Below are positions 17,064 to 26,533 of a stretch of DNA of 64,000 bases, one piece after another (the stretch's first letter is position 1; every line of letters starts with the position of its first letter). Source of the DNA: a virus; the IMG/VR virus record IMGVR_UViG_3300028024_000003. One strand, given 5' to 3'. The notes under the pieces are model-generated. The model saw only the letters and a program-made list of their open reading frames with translations, had not been told where the DNA came from and made no database searches. Made by a program: the position numbers and the translations under genes.

Positions 17064-18173
17064 TCAGGCCGTCTCTTCTTCCTCTACCAGGCGAACATTT
17101 TTTGCCACTGGACCGCGGTCGCCCGCTACCTGCACGAAACTTACTGGCGTGCCCGGCTGGATATGGTCGAAGCCTCGCTTCGCGACTTCGGAATAGTGAA
17201 AGAACGGCGTCAAATCCGAGACATCTGACTGGATGAAACCATAGCCATCGAGAACGCGAATGACGCGACCGGTTATCCGCTGTTCGGAGGGAGGCTCCTC
17301 CGCGCCGCCGGCGCCGTTGGCGAACCCTTTCTTGGCTAATCTTTCGAGCGCATCGCGCGAGGCCGGGGGGCCCGCATCGACCACGGTAGTCGTTTTCGAG
17401 CGTCGCGCGCGCGGAGGCCCCGTCTCGACGCTCACGGGCGCGGGGGATGGCGCTCGCTCTACGGCGGGCGCCAAGGCAGGAGCCGATGTCGGCGCCGGCG
17501 CAGCTTCTTCTGGTTCGTTGCGGCGAGGCTTCAGGAACAGTGCATCAATCAAGTCCCGCTCTGCCTCTGGCAAATCAGGATAGCGACTGATTTGCTCATC
17601 CAGCTGCACGGGGTAGGTCGCCTCGGCAAGCAGCGAGCGCGAAACCGTGGTCTCACGCTCGCGTCCGGAATTGTCGATGAACGCATAACTGGCCCCGATA
17701 ACCATTACGCGGACCCCGCGAGTATTGAGCTTTCTCACCAGCGGAACGAAGTCGCTGTCGCCCGTCACGAGCACGACAACATCGAGTCCCTTGAGTGTCA
17801 CAGCCTCATAGCACTCGAGTGCGAGCGCCACATCAATGCCCTTCTCGCCACGCGGGCCCATGGGCAGGTAGTGCGCCGTCACATCCTCTTTCTGGAGGAT
17901 TTCATCCCACTGTCGTTCCCGGAAAAGCACGTCGTCGTCACGTTCGCGCGCGTCAAATGCGCTGATGCGGCCTGCAAAGAGATGGGATTCGACGATACGG
18001 CAATGCCGCGGGGATACCCCCTCCTCGAGCGCGATATGGTGCGTGACGTAGTTGCGAATGCCGTTGATGCCGATGCGCGCGCGGCGGTCATGGTGATGCA
18101 GGTAGTAAGACGAAACGCCCGAGAAATAGCTACCGTCAAAGAAGATTCCGACCTTTGTAAGATTTACTGACAT
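17064..18173 (-). CDS. NYN (PIN-like) nuclease fused to a cold-shock domain
   Basis: IFFDGSY, EKGIDV, LVTGDSDF NYN motifs; C-terminal GYGFI and FFHYS RNP motifs after a Pro/Ala linker. Confidence 0.88.
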   Translation of the reverse strand: MSVNLTKVGIFFDGSYFSGVSSYYLHHHDRRARIGINGIRNYVTHHIALEEGVSPRHCRIVESHLFAGRISAFDARERDDDVLFRERQWDEILQKEDVTAHYLPMGPRGEKGIDVALALECYEAVTLKGLDVVVLVTGDSDFVPLVRKLNTRGVRVMVIGASYAFIDNSGRERETTVSRSLLAEATYPVQLDEQISRYPDLPEAERDLIDALFLKPRRNEPEEAAPAPTSAPALAPAVERAPSPAPVSVETGPPRARRSKTTTVVDAGPPASRDALERLAKKGFANGAGGAEEPPSEQRITGRVIRVLDGYGFIQSDVSDLTPFFHYSEVAKRGFDHIQPGTPVSFVQVAGDRGPVAKNVRLVEEEETA

Positions 18174-18374
18174 AGTCCTATTGCATTGATTTCGCGACGC
18201 AGTGTACCGGTCTCAGCGACACAGTAACACGTTTGCGCAGCCCTAAAGCGGTGAAAAACCCGTCATAACGACCGCTTTTTGGCAGAAAGAAACTTTGGCG
18301 ATGCGGACGAATCCAGTGCCGGAAATGAAAAACGCCATGCAAAGCATGGCGTTGAGGCGGTACCGTTTGAAGGC

Positions 18375-18614
18375 TCAGAACTCGATGACGCCTTCCTTGA
18401 CCAGCACCTGATGCAGCGCATTGAAAACTGCCTGGCCCTGCGCATCGGGCGTGCTTGCATTCGATGCGGCCTCGACGACAGGAGCCAGGTCGAGCTGGTC
18501 GACCAGCTCGGCGGCCATCGTTTCGAACGATTTGCCTTGCGTGTCGGTGACCCGCAGCGAGTATTGCTTCAGGACGTTCTCGATGTCGTCAGCGGTTACG
18601 ACGTAGGGTGCCAT
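18375..18614 (-). CDS. Small hypothetical protein
   Basis: ATG 18614 with GGAGG RBS; CTATACG upstream. Confidence 0.7.
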   Translation of the reverse strand: MAPYVVTADDIENVLKQYSLRVTDTQGKSFETMAAELVDQLDLAPVVEAASNASTPDAQGQAVFNALHQVLVKEGVIEF

Positions 18615-18665
18615 TGAATATTCCTCCAGTAATGATTTGATGGTAGCGAGGTTTGCCCTCGAAGT

Positions 18666-18715
18666 CGTATAGCGCGCAAAGAAAACGCCACGGAACCTGA
18701 GTTCCGCGGCGTGTG
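18666..18715 (-). promoter_or_regulatory. Terminator immediately followed by CTATACG element
   Basis: - strand: acgccgcggaac-tcag-gttccgtggcgt-tttcttt, then gcgcgCTATACG (18666-18672). Confidence 0.65.
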
Positions 18716-18717
18716 AG

Positions 18718-20928
18718 TTACGCTGCAAAGAGCATGAGTTGCATGCCCTTGCGACGGCTTGCACTGCGATGCTGCTTCACCTGCTCTGCGACGTCAGGAT
18801 TGTCCTTAAGGAACCGCGTCAGCTCGCCCAGTCGCACGAAGTGATGGCGAGCCCATCCCTTGAACGTCTGTGCACCATACTGCCTGTTCCCCTTCTGGAG
18901 ACAATGCGCGAGCAGCTTGCGCATCGGCAATCCCCTATGACCCATCGTGCGCCACGAGACGTCAGGCGCCCACTCCGCATACAGCACGCTGAGCGGGATG
19001 CGTCGGTCGCGTACATCACTGCGACGATACTTCCGCTCAGCCGCTGCTACGACTTCCAGAGCCGGCCGCGCGGGACGCTTGCGCTCCTCGAGCGGAACCG
19101 GGGCTTCCAGCGACATCGCAAAGGCGTGGTCGCGGTCGTAGTTGTAGCCAGACAGCCTGTTCTGCTCACGCCAGCTCGAGCGACGCAGAATGCTGTCCAC
19201 TTCTCCGACCTGCGACTTCGCCAACGTGATGGCGCCGTACTGCACATAGAACTTGTAGCCCTCGCCCACCAGACTTACGCCGACCGTGTTCAACCGGCGC
19301 GCCGCCTCGTAATGCCGCTTCACCAACCGCTCGAGCTCGAAGTCCAAGAGGTATCCGACCGACTCCTCGTGCACATCGAACATGCGCGCGGTGTCCATCT
19401 CCATCACCTGGCGAGACTCGCCCTTCACCTGGATTTCACGCAAGGCCGTACACGGACCTTCCGTTGCTTCCAGAATCGGGTTGCGTAGACCCGTAAAGGC
19501 GTCTGGCGCGTCCTCATCCCAGTTGTGAACCGGGATGTAGCGAGGCTTCGGCACCGGACCCGCTGGTGCTTTCTCAACGCTCGGGACATCGAACCGCATG
19601 CCCTTCACGTAGACGTCGTAGTAAATGGCCCAGGCTGAAAACGGCAGCGTGTATGCCTGGAGGCTCCATACTGCGTCGATGGCAACCAGGGCGCGAGGGC
19701 TCACGATTTGGAATCGCGGTTCCTTGAGTCCCAACGCCTCCGCAGCGAGCTTCTCGTCCCGGTCAATCGTCAACGCATAGCGCAGCAGGTCTTGTACGTA
19801 TTCCGGAGAATACGCATCAGGCCCGTACACAATGTGTTCGTCGATGATGGTCCGGCCAATCCACGTCCGTTTGCTCAGGTCGTATACCGTGTTATTGACG
19901 TACTCCCTGAAGCGCGTGAGCGGTTCCATGTAGGCATACTGCTCTTGCACGAGAAACGCGTCCATGCTCTTGTCGGAGCCGACCATCGTGCACACGTAAC
20001 AACCGTGACGCGCACCACAGCCCTTCGACGGCTTGTCGCCACGACCGACTGTGCATTCGCCTTCGGCATCCTTGTAGATGCGCCAGACGTCAACAAAGTC
20101 GCTGTAGATGGCAACAGGCAGCCGCTCCTCTTCCGGAAGAACATCCCGGTTGACGGCCAGGCCGATGTACTCCATCACTTCATCGGTCGTCCAGTTTGCG
20201 ATGGGCGCCAGGAACACGTCCTGATTCTCATGCGTCTGGACCAACTGAATCGGCGACTCGGCACGCTTGGTCATGTTGCCCGCGCGTTCCGCGCTTTCGT
20301 CGAAACGAACGCCCGTCACCCCGACCGTGAACTTGCCTTCCGCCACACGGTTGAGCCCGAAGAACTGAGTGCGCACCCGGCCGAGCGGTGTCGACTTGAG
20401 GTCCGTGGTGCAGTTGCGGTTCGTCAGCGGCGTGCTGATGAGGGTTTTGCCACCGATGATGGTGACGGCCCACTGGCTGAGAATGTACGGCTCCGTGACC
20501 GCAATGTGTCCCGGAAGGCCATGCTCCTCAATCCATTCCCGCACGCGCTCGAGCTCCCCACGAACTACGCCTAGAACTTCAGGGTTTTCTACCTGGGTGT
20601 CCGAATTAAGCACCAGAAACCGCTTAACCTGCTTGCCCTCGGCCTTCAGTTGCGCCGCCGCCGCCATTGCCAACGACAGGACTGTGCTGCTGTCCTTCCC
20701 GCCAGAATAGCTATAGCAGATTTCATACTGCTGCATCACCCATTTAAGAATTGCCACCGCTTTCAGCACCTTCTCGTGGAGGTTGCTTTCCTGCATGGCC
20801 ACAACTTCGTCGGGGGCGGTGCGCAAGACGACGGGCTGAAACTCCGCCGCCTTTTTCCTGGGCTTAAACAACACCGGGTGAACTTGCGCGAACGTCTCAC
20901 TGCTGAGCAGGTCTGCTTGCATATCCAT
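18718..20928 (-). CDS. DndC-like PAPS-reductase-family protein with C-terminal extension
   Basis: SGGKDS PP-loop, RNCTTDLK, GVRFDES, PIANW, RHGCYVCT motifs. Confidence 0.82.
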   Translation of the reverse strand: MDMQADLLSSETFAQVHPVLFKPRKKAAEFQPVVLRTAPDEVVAMQESNLHEKVLKAVAILKWVMQQYEICYSYSGGKDSSTVLSLAMAAAAQLKAEGKQVKRFLVLNSDTQVENPEVLGVVRGELERVREWIEEHGLPGHIAVTEPYILSQWAVTIIGGKTLISTPLTNRNCTTDLKSTPLGRVRTQFFGLNRVAEGKFTVGVTGVRFDESAERAGNMTKRAESPIQLVQTHENQDVFLAPIANWTTDEVMEYIGLAVNRDVLPEEERLPVAIYSDFVDVWRIYKDAEGECTVGRGDKPSKGCGARHGCYVCTMVGSDKSMDAFLVQEQYAYMEPLTRFREYVNNTVYDLSKRTWIGRTIIDEHIVYGPDAYSPEYVQDLLRYALTIDRDEKLAAEALGLKEPRFQIVSPRALVAIDAVWSLQAYTLPFSAWAIYYDVYVKGMRFDVPSVEKAPAGPVPKPRYIPVHNWDEDAPDAFTGLRNPILEATEGPCTALREIQVKGESRQVMEMDTARMFDVHEESVGYLLDFELERLVKRHYEAARRLNTVGVSLVGEGYKFYVQYGAITLAKSQVGEVDSILRRSSWREQNRLSGYNYDRDHAFAMSLEAPVPLEERKRPARPALEVVAAAERKYRRSDVRDRRIPLSVLYAEWAPDVSWRTMGHRGLPMRKLLAHCLQKGNRQYGAQTFKGWARHHFVRLGELTRFLKDNPDVAEQVKQHRSASRRKGMQLMLFAA

Positions 20929-20962
20929 GTCTGTCCTCTACTTGAAATGAATGAACTCATCT

Positions 20963-20969
20963 CGTATAG
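20963..20969 (-). promoter_or_regulatory. CTATACG element
   Basis: About 35 nt upstream of dndC-like ATG; terminator hairpin gcggagc/gctccgc at 21010-21028. Confidence 0.6.
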
Positions 20970-21073
20970 GAAGACCAGCGACTGCACGAAGAGACGCCCA
21001 AATGTAAAAGCGGAGCATGAAGCTCCGCAATTTTCATAGCCACCAGGGTGCGAGCTTGCTCGCGTGCTTTTGC

Positions 21074-21265
21074 TCAGCGACCCGTGTCGCGGGACTCAGA
21101 CTTGCCGAAAATCGGCGCGAGCGCATCCGCGATACCTTTCGCCAGGCCGGTCGTCAGGGCTTCGGTCATGACCTGCCGGCGCTCCTGCGCGCCCATCTTC
21201 GGTGGCTTGGGCTCCGCCGCAGCCACGCGCTCCTCGCGAGTGCCGCGGCGCTTGGCTTCACCCAT
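21074..21265 (-). CDS. Small hypothetical protein (MGEAKRR N-terminus)
   Basis: Start overlaps the upstream stop. Confidence 0.6.
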   Translation of the reverse strand: MGEAKRRGTREERVAAAEPKPPKMGAQERRQVMTEALTTGLAKGIADALAPIFGKSESRDTGR

Positions 21266-21800
21266 GCGCAATCTCCGTAGGCATGGCTGGATAGCTGGCG
21301 TTCAGCTCTTTGAGAATCGCTTCCCGCGCGGTCCGCCGGCGCGACAAGGCCGCCAGCTCCTCTGTCATCACGTGAATGGTGCGGGTAAGGCCGCGGATGT
21401 CTTCTTCCGCCGCGCGTTTGGCTAGGAGGATGGCCTCTTCACGGTTGGTCGAGAACCGGGCTTCCGTCATCAACTCGCCATCGTGAGTCACAGTCGACCA
21501 GCCAAACTCTTCGCATTGCTTCTCGACAATAGCTGCCCCGTCAAACGTAAACACCGGAACTGAGCGCCGGAACTGGTCTGGAGTTTCGATAAGACGGCGC
21601 AACGTCACCGGGTCAGCTTCCATCTCGGAACGGTAACGCCGCATCGCGGGCTCTCTCTCATCGACTTTAAGCAGCTCTCCCGTTCGCGAAATGACCATCT
21701 GGCTCAAGGAATAACCGGAACCAATGCAGATTCCTTCGTTCGTCACGTGAACCAGATGGAGCCCAATCCGGTAGTGTTCTTTTACGTTTTTCCAACCCAT
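21258..21800 (-). CDS. Hypothetical protein
   Basis: Operonic ORF MGWKNVKEHYRI... Confidence 0.7.
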   Translation of the reverse strand: MGWKNVKEHYRIGLHLVHVTNEGICIGSGYSLSQMVISRTGELLKVDEREPAMRRYRSEMEADPVTLRRLIETPDQFRRSVPVFTFDGAAIVEKQCEEFGWSTVTHDGELMTEARFSTNREEAILLAKRAAEEDIRGLTRTIHVMTEELAALSRRRTAREAILKELNASYPAMPTEIAHG

Positions 21801-21827
21801 TTTCGGTCTCGTGTTTCGCGTGCGAGG

Positions 21828-22589
21828 TCAGCCTGCTGCCGTGGCCGCAGGCTTCTTGAGCGAGCGTCCGTGCTGGAGGTTCAGCTCGGTGGTCAGCTTG
21901 AAATCGGGAAGCAGTTTGCCGCAGTTGTCCGCAACCTTCTGGCGATATTCAGCGAAGCCTTCCGCATCACTGTCTCGATAACCCGGCACCGCGCGCTTCA
22001 CAACGTGATACGAGACGGCCATGCCCGCCTTCGCTCGTTCGGCGATGAAGCGTTCGGCGTCGTCCTCCGTCAGGTGGACGCTGGCGGGTTCGTACTTGCG
22101 ATGCTCGCCCGCATCCCACTCTGGAGTTGCCGTGTAGCGCACATAATGCACCTCGAATGCGGCCCTTTTCCGCTTGTCTCGCGAGTGGACATCCGCCATC
22201 TCGACGTGCACGCGCTTGAGCTCTTCAGCGCACGAGGCCTGCACCGAAGAAATCGTGCTGATATTTCGGATGAATCGCTCCAGCCGAGCATCCGCTGTCT
22301 CGCTCGACTCGTCTCGCGGACCATTGTCGATGAATGCCCAGTCGCAGACCATGCGAACCTGACCACGGTGCCACATGCGCACGCGCACGGGGGAATCGTC
22401 GTCCACATCCCGGCCCCACTTGATGTCGACCACCTCGCGCACAAGCTCCGCCGCGTTATCCAATTCCTCACGCGGAATATCGGGCCAGCCGCCGTCGCCG
22501 TGGTCCGGCGCCATCAGAAAGGCCTTAAGCTTCGCGAGGACTGCATCAACAGCGGCCTCATGCTGTTTGCCAGGGTTTTTTTGGGTCAT
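21828..22589 (-). CDS. Hypothetical protein
   Basis: GGAG RBS, directly downstream of ligA. Confidence 0.7.
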   Translation of the reverse strand: MTQKNPGKQHEAAVDAVLAKLKAFLMAPDHGDGGWPDIPREELDNAAELVREVVDIKWGRDVDDDSPVRVRMWHRGQVRMVCDWAFIDNGPRDESSETADARLERFIRNISTISSVQASCAEELKRVHVEMADVHSRDKRKRAAFEVHYVRYTATPEWDAGEHRKYEPASVHLTEDDAERFIAERAKAGMAVSYHVVKRAVPGYRDSDAEGFAEYRQKVADNCGKLLPDFKLTTELNLQHGRSLKKPAATAAG

Positions 22590-22627
22590 GTTTGGGCTCC
22601 AGGCGTTTTGTTCAGGTACGGCGCGTA

Positions 22628-24664
22628 TCAGATGTCGTCCGCAGTCGCGGCCAGCGAGAGCAGCCAGCTTTCGTCATAGACGGGAACACCGGCTTCCTTG
22701 GCTTTGGTCATTTTGGAGCCTGCGCCTTCGCCCGCGACAAGTGCGTAAGTCTTCTTGCTAACCGAGTCGGACGGCTTGCCACCGAGCTTTTCGACCAACG
22801 CCTTCGCTTGGTCACGCGAGAGCGTCGGCAGCGTGCCCGTGACGACAACCGTCTTGCCCGTCAGCGCGCCGCCTTCGGCGCGCTTGGCTTCGTTGGTCGG
22901 CTTGGCCAGGGTGGCGAGAAGGTCCATTTCTGCGCCGAAGTGTTCGTCCTCGAACGCGGCGATGATGGAGCGGGCCGTGATAGGGCCGATGTCTTCGACC
23001 GAAAGCAGCTCCGACTCTTTCGCCGTGCAGAAGTCTTCCCAGCTACCAAAGTGCAGCGCCAAGCGCTTTGCGGTGCCTTCGCCTACGGATTCGATGCCGA
23101 GCGCGAAGATGAAGCGGCGCAGCGGCCGGCCGATGGATGCCGCAATGCCTGCGGCCAGCTTCGCGGCAGATGTCGCGCCCCATCCGTCGAGCTTGGCCAC
23201 CGCGGCCGTATCCAGCGAGTAGAGGTCCGATGCCTTGTTGATGAGGCCGGCGGCGAGCAGGTCCTTGACACTACCTTCGCCCAACCCTTCGATGTCGAGA
23301 CCGCCACGCGAGCCAAAGTGCGTGAGACGGAACAGGCGCTGGTCGGGGCAGCTCGTACCACCCGTGCAGTAGTGCTCGCCCATGCCCGCTTCCGAGCCTT
23401 CGATGAACTTCACGGCCGAGCCGCACGTCGGGCAGTGCTCCGGCATCTTGAATTCGACGGCGCTTGCCGGACGCAGTTCAAGCAGCGGACGCACAAGTTC
23501 GGGAATCACGTCACCCGCGCGGCGGATAACCACCGTGTCGCCGACGCGAACGCCCTTGATGTTATTGACCTGGTGCTCGTTGTGAAGCGTCACATTCGTG
23601 ACCGTCACGCCGCCGACATGCACCGGGTTCAGGCGTCCCACCGGGGTGAGCTTGCCCGTGCGGCCGACCTGCACGTCGATGGCATCGAGGGTCGTCGGAC
23701 GCTCTTCAGCCGGGAATTTGTAAGCGGTGGCCCAGCGTGGCGTGCGGTTGTTCCAGCCCAGCACTTCCTGCTGGCGATACGACTTGAGCTTGTAGACCAC
23801 GCCGTCGATGTCGAACGGCAGGTCCGCGCGAACAGTTGCGACTTCCTGGAACGAATCGAGCACCCCTTGCACGCCCGTCACAACGCTGAACAGCGTGCTG
23901 ACCTTGAAGCCGAGACCAACCAGGCCGATGAGCGTCGCGTCGTGCGTGTCGTAGCCCTGGCCACGCGCATCGACGATGCCGTATGCGTAGAAGCTTAGGC
24001 GGCGCGCCGCCGTGACTTTCGGGTCGAGCGTGCGCAGGCTGCCTGCGGCGGCATTGCGCGGGTTTGCGTATTCGTCCTCGCCGACTGCTCGCTGCTGCTC
24101 GTTCAGACGTTCGAAGTCCGCCTTGGCCATCAGCACTTCACCGCGCACTTCCGCCGTAATAGGTCGCGCGAGACGCAGCGGCACGCTCTTGATGGTGCGC
24201 ACCTGCGCCGTGACATCTTCGCCCTCTTCGCCATCGCCGCGCGTCACGGCCTGAACAAACAGACCGTCCACGTAGCGCAGGCCACACGACAGGCCGTCGT
24301 ACTTGGGTTCGCGGGTGAATTCCAGCGAGTCCGGCGAGACGCCGAGTTCGGCTGCGATGCCGCGCACGAACTCTTCAGCCGCCGCCGCATCCATCGAATT
24401 GTCGATGGAAAGCATCGGAACCTGATGGCGAACAGTCGGCAGCGACTTGAGCGTTTCGCCGCCCACACGCTGCGTCGGGGAATCGGGGGTGACCAGATGG
24501 GGATGGTCCGCTTCGAGCTCCTGGAGCGCGCGGAACAGCCCGTCATACACGGCGTCGCTTTCGAGCGGTGCGTCGTCCACGTGATAGGCGTGGGAAAGTT
24601 CAGCGACACGCTGCTTCAGGCTCGCATAGCGAGTATCCAGCGATTCGTCCACCGTGATGGTCAT
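22628..24664 (-). CDS. ligA: NAD-dependent DNA ligase
   Basis: KYDG adenylation motif, EVRGE, NPRNAAAGSLR, DGVVYK, VGRTGKLTP, Zn-finger CPTC, HhH repeats, BRCT domain. Confidence 0.97.
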   Translation of the reverse strand: MTITVDESLDTRYASLKQRVAELSHAYHVDDAPLESDAVYDGLFRALQELEADHPHLVTPDSPTQRVGGETLKSLPTVRHQVPMLSIDNSMDAAAAEEFVRGIAAELGVSPDSLEFTREPKYDGLSCGLRYVDGLFVQAVTRGDGEEGEDVTAQVRTIKSVPLRLARPITAEVRGEVLMAKADFERLNEQQRAVGEDEYANPRNAAAGSLRTLDPKVTAARRLSFYAYGIVDARGQGYDTHDATLIGLVGLGFKVSTLFSVVTGVQGVLDSFQEVATVRADLPFDIDGVVYKLKSYRQQEVLGWNNRTPRWATAYKFPAEERPTTLDAIDVQVGRTGKLTPVGRLNPVHVGGVTVTNVTLHNEHQVNNIKGVRVGDTVVIRRAGDVIPELVRPLLELRPASAVEFKMPEHCPTCGSAVKFIEGSEAGMGEHYCTGGTSCPDQRLFRLTHFGSRGGLDIEGLGEGSVKDLLAAGLINKASDLYSLDTAAVAKLDGWGATSAAKLAAGIAASIGRPLRRFIFALGIESVGEGTAKRLALHFGSWEDFCTAKESELLSVEDIGPITARSIIAAFEDEHFGAEMDLLATLAKPTNEAKRAEGGALTGKTVVVTGTLPTLSRDQAKALVEKLGGKPSDSVSKKTYALVAGEGAGSKMTKAKEAGVPVYDESWLLSLAATADDI

Positions 24665-24760
24665 TTTTAGTTAACTCGTTGATTGGATGGTGACATTATA
24701 CCACACAAAACGCAAAACGCCCAGCATAGCTGGGCGCTTCGATGAGGGAGCGATGCCGGG

Positions 24761-26524
24761 TCAGTTGTTGACCGGCGAACCGATTGTCACGGATAGCCGG
24801 ACACCTTCGCCGTGTTCCGCCTGACCGATGAGCAACTCGCCGCCGTGTTCGGTCACCATACGACGAACGGTGGCCAGTTCGAGGTCGCTCGTGAGCGTCC
24901 AGTCAAGCGGCTGGGTGTCAGCCGGAATCTCCAAAAACAGCGACGTAAGCGTCAGGCCCGTCGCCTCTACGCATATCCCGGTGGTGAGAAACCCGCCGAC
25001 ACCTTCGATGGTAATCCTGGCTGCGCCGCCATGCGGCTGTCCCGCCAACGTCACCAGGATGCGCTCGATGATGCTAGTGAGTACCTCAGGGCTGGCAACG
25101 ACCGCGGGCAGCTTACGCACAAAAAACTTCACATCAGGGTATCGGTTTTCGAGCTTCTCCAGGACCCGCGTGACAATTTCCGTCGGATGTACTAGCGCAG
25201 TTGCCCGGTACGGCAGTCCGAGCGCATTGTGGTACCGATGAAACTGACTGCTTACCCGGTAGAGCTCTGTGGTGGCCTGGGAAATCTCCTCCGCCCAAGG
25301 TGGCTCGATATTCGTCACAGCCTTCAGAATCCGGTCCAGTTGTGCCTCCGAGAGGTCGGCCACGGCCATATGAAAGTGGTCAATATCGTCGAGCAGGCTT
25401 GCCAGGTACGTGCTTTGGTGCGACAGGTTGCGCTGCATGCGGTCGTTCAACGCCAGAACCTGCTGTTCGTGGCTGCGAACATCCGTCTGGTCGTTAAAGA
25501 TGAGCAGGAACCGGCCCGCTGTCAGCGCCGCCAGTATCACGTCAAAATGCTTGCCCAGCTCAGGCAGAAATATCTGACACCGGTAAGTCTGCTCGCCAGA
25601 GGTGACGCGGCCGATGCCCTGACGCAACTTGTCGTGACTGGAAAAGCTCGGCCAGGCGACGGAACAGGGTTCCGTGTAGGGCAGCGGAAGCCCATCCATC
25701 ATGCGCTTGAAAGACTGGTTCGCCTCGACAATGTATGCGTCGGGGCCGCCGTCGCCGCTCACGGCAAGCCGGCAGACGGCGACGCCGCAATTCAGGTTGT
25801 CGAACATCACCTGATAATTGTGCTGGTGCAGGATTGCCGACTCTTCCGCGAGCCGGAGCTCACTGGAGCTTCGAAAACCAATGGTATGGCCGACGTACTG
25901 CCCATCGCGAAAAGAAGGCATCGCGATGAGAATGACCGGCCCGAGCGCCTGGTTGCAATACGCCGCCCAATCGGCAATTTCTACGGCAACGGGCTGCCGC
26001 GTCGTGCGCGACTTCTCAAGCAGCCCTTCCAGTAGCCGGATGAATTTGTCCAGAAAGATGTCGTCATACCGTTTGCCAATCATGTCTGCAGGGCTCGAAA
26101 CCTGCGCGACGCGCATCGGCAACTGCGTAGTCGTCAGAATTTTTCCGTTGGCGTCGATAAAAAACAGCCCAGTGTCTGGGCTAAATTCGGTAAAAGTGAT
26201 GACGTCATTGAGTGCATCGAACGCACCGAAGCCACTCTTGAACCCCTGCTTGACGGCTTTAATCTGGGATATTGCAAAAAGGGAGAGAATCAGGGCAACG
26301 AGACTTAGAATACTTTCGATGACATACGGTCTTTCGTCATGCACCCGTCGGATAGATGGAAATTCGCTATGTAGATACGGTATCGCCTCGGAGTACGAAA
26401 ACGTCAAACTTCCCGTAATAGCGGCCACAACGGCCAGGAAGACGGCCAGTTGCACGGTCACTGAGTTTTTAAACATGCCTGCACGAGGAAATACGTCGAA
26501 ATATTTGTAAACTAACATACCCAC
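24761..26524 (-). CDS. Membrane PAS sensor histidine-kinase-like protein with degenerate catalytic boxes
   Basis: Two N-terminal TMs, two PAS-like regions, DHp-like helix, HATPase-like end (LATVRRMVTEHGGEL); H, N, G1 and G2 boxes not recognisable. Confidence 0.7.
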   Translation of the reverse strand: MGMLVYKYFDVFPRAGMFKNSVTVQLAVFLAVVAAITGSLTFSYSEAIPYLHSEFPSIRRVHDERPYVIESILSLVALILSLFAISQIKAVKQGFKSGFGAFDALNDVITFTEFSPDTGLFFIDANGKILTTTQLPMRVAQVSSPADMIGKRYDDIFLDKFIRLLEGLLEKSRTTRQPVAVEIADWAAYCNQALGPVILIAMPSFRDGQYVGHTIGFRSSSELRLAEESAILHQHNYQVMFDNLNCGVAVCRLAVSGDGGPDAYIVEANQSFKRMMDGLPLPYTEPCSVAWPSFSSHDKLRQGIGRVTSGEQTYRCQIFLPELGKHFDVILAALTAGRFLLIFNDQTDVRSHEQQVLALNDRMQRNLSHQSTYLASLLDDIDHFHMAVADLSEAQLDRILKAVTNIEPPWAEEISQATTELYRVSSQFHRYHNALGLPYRATALVHPTEIVTRVLEKLENRYPDVKFFVRKLPAVVASPEVLTSIIERILVTLAGQPHGGAARITIEGVGGFLTTGICVEATGLTLTSLFLEIPADTQPLDWTLTSDLELATVRRMVTEHGGELLIGQAEHGEGVRLSVTIGSPVNN

Positions 26525-26533
26525 GATTGCCCG

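Noticed and set aside
18152-18173. GTAAATCTTAC resembling the shared 15-bp motif
   Set aside because: It is the first codons of the NYN gene, and the right half of the motif does not match.
18718-20928. A complete Dnd phosphorothioation defence system
   Set aside because: Only a DndC-like gene is present; no DndA/B/D/E or DndFGH recognised in the window.
22592-23998. Long antisense ORFs, for example 22592-23998 (+), 4277-5536 (+), 39945-41135 (+), 48554-49903 (-), 14015-14884 (+)
   Set aside because: They mirror well-supported genes on the opposite strand; stop-codon scarcity is expected at high GC3; no motifs or RBS.
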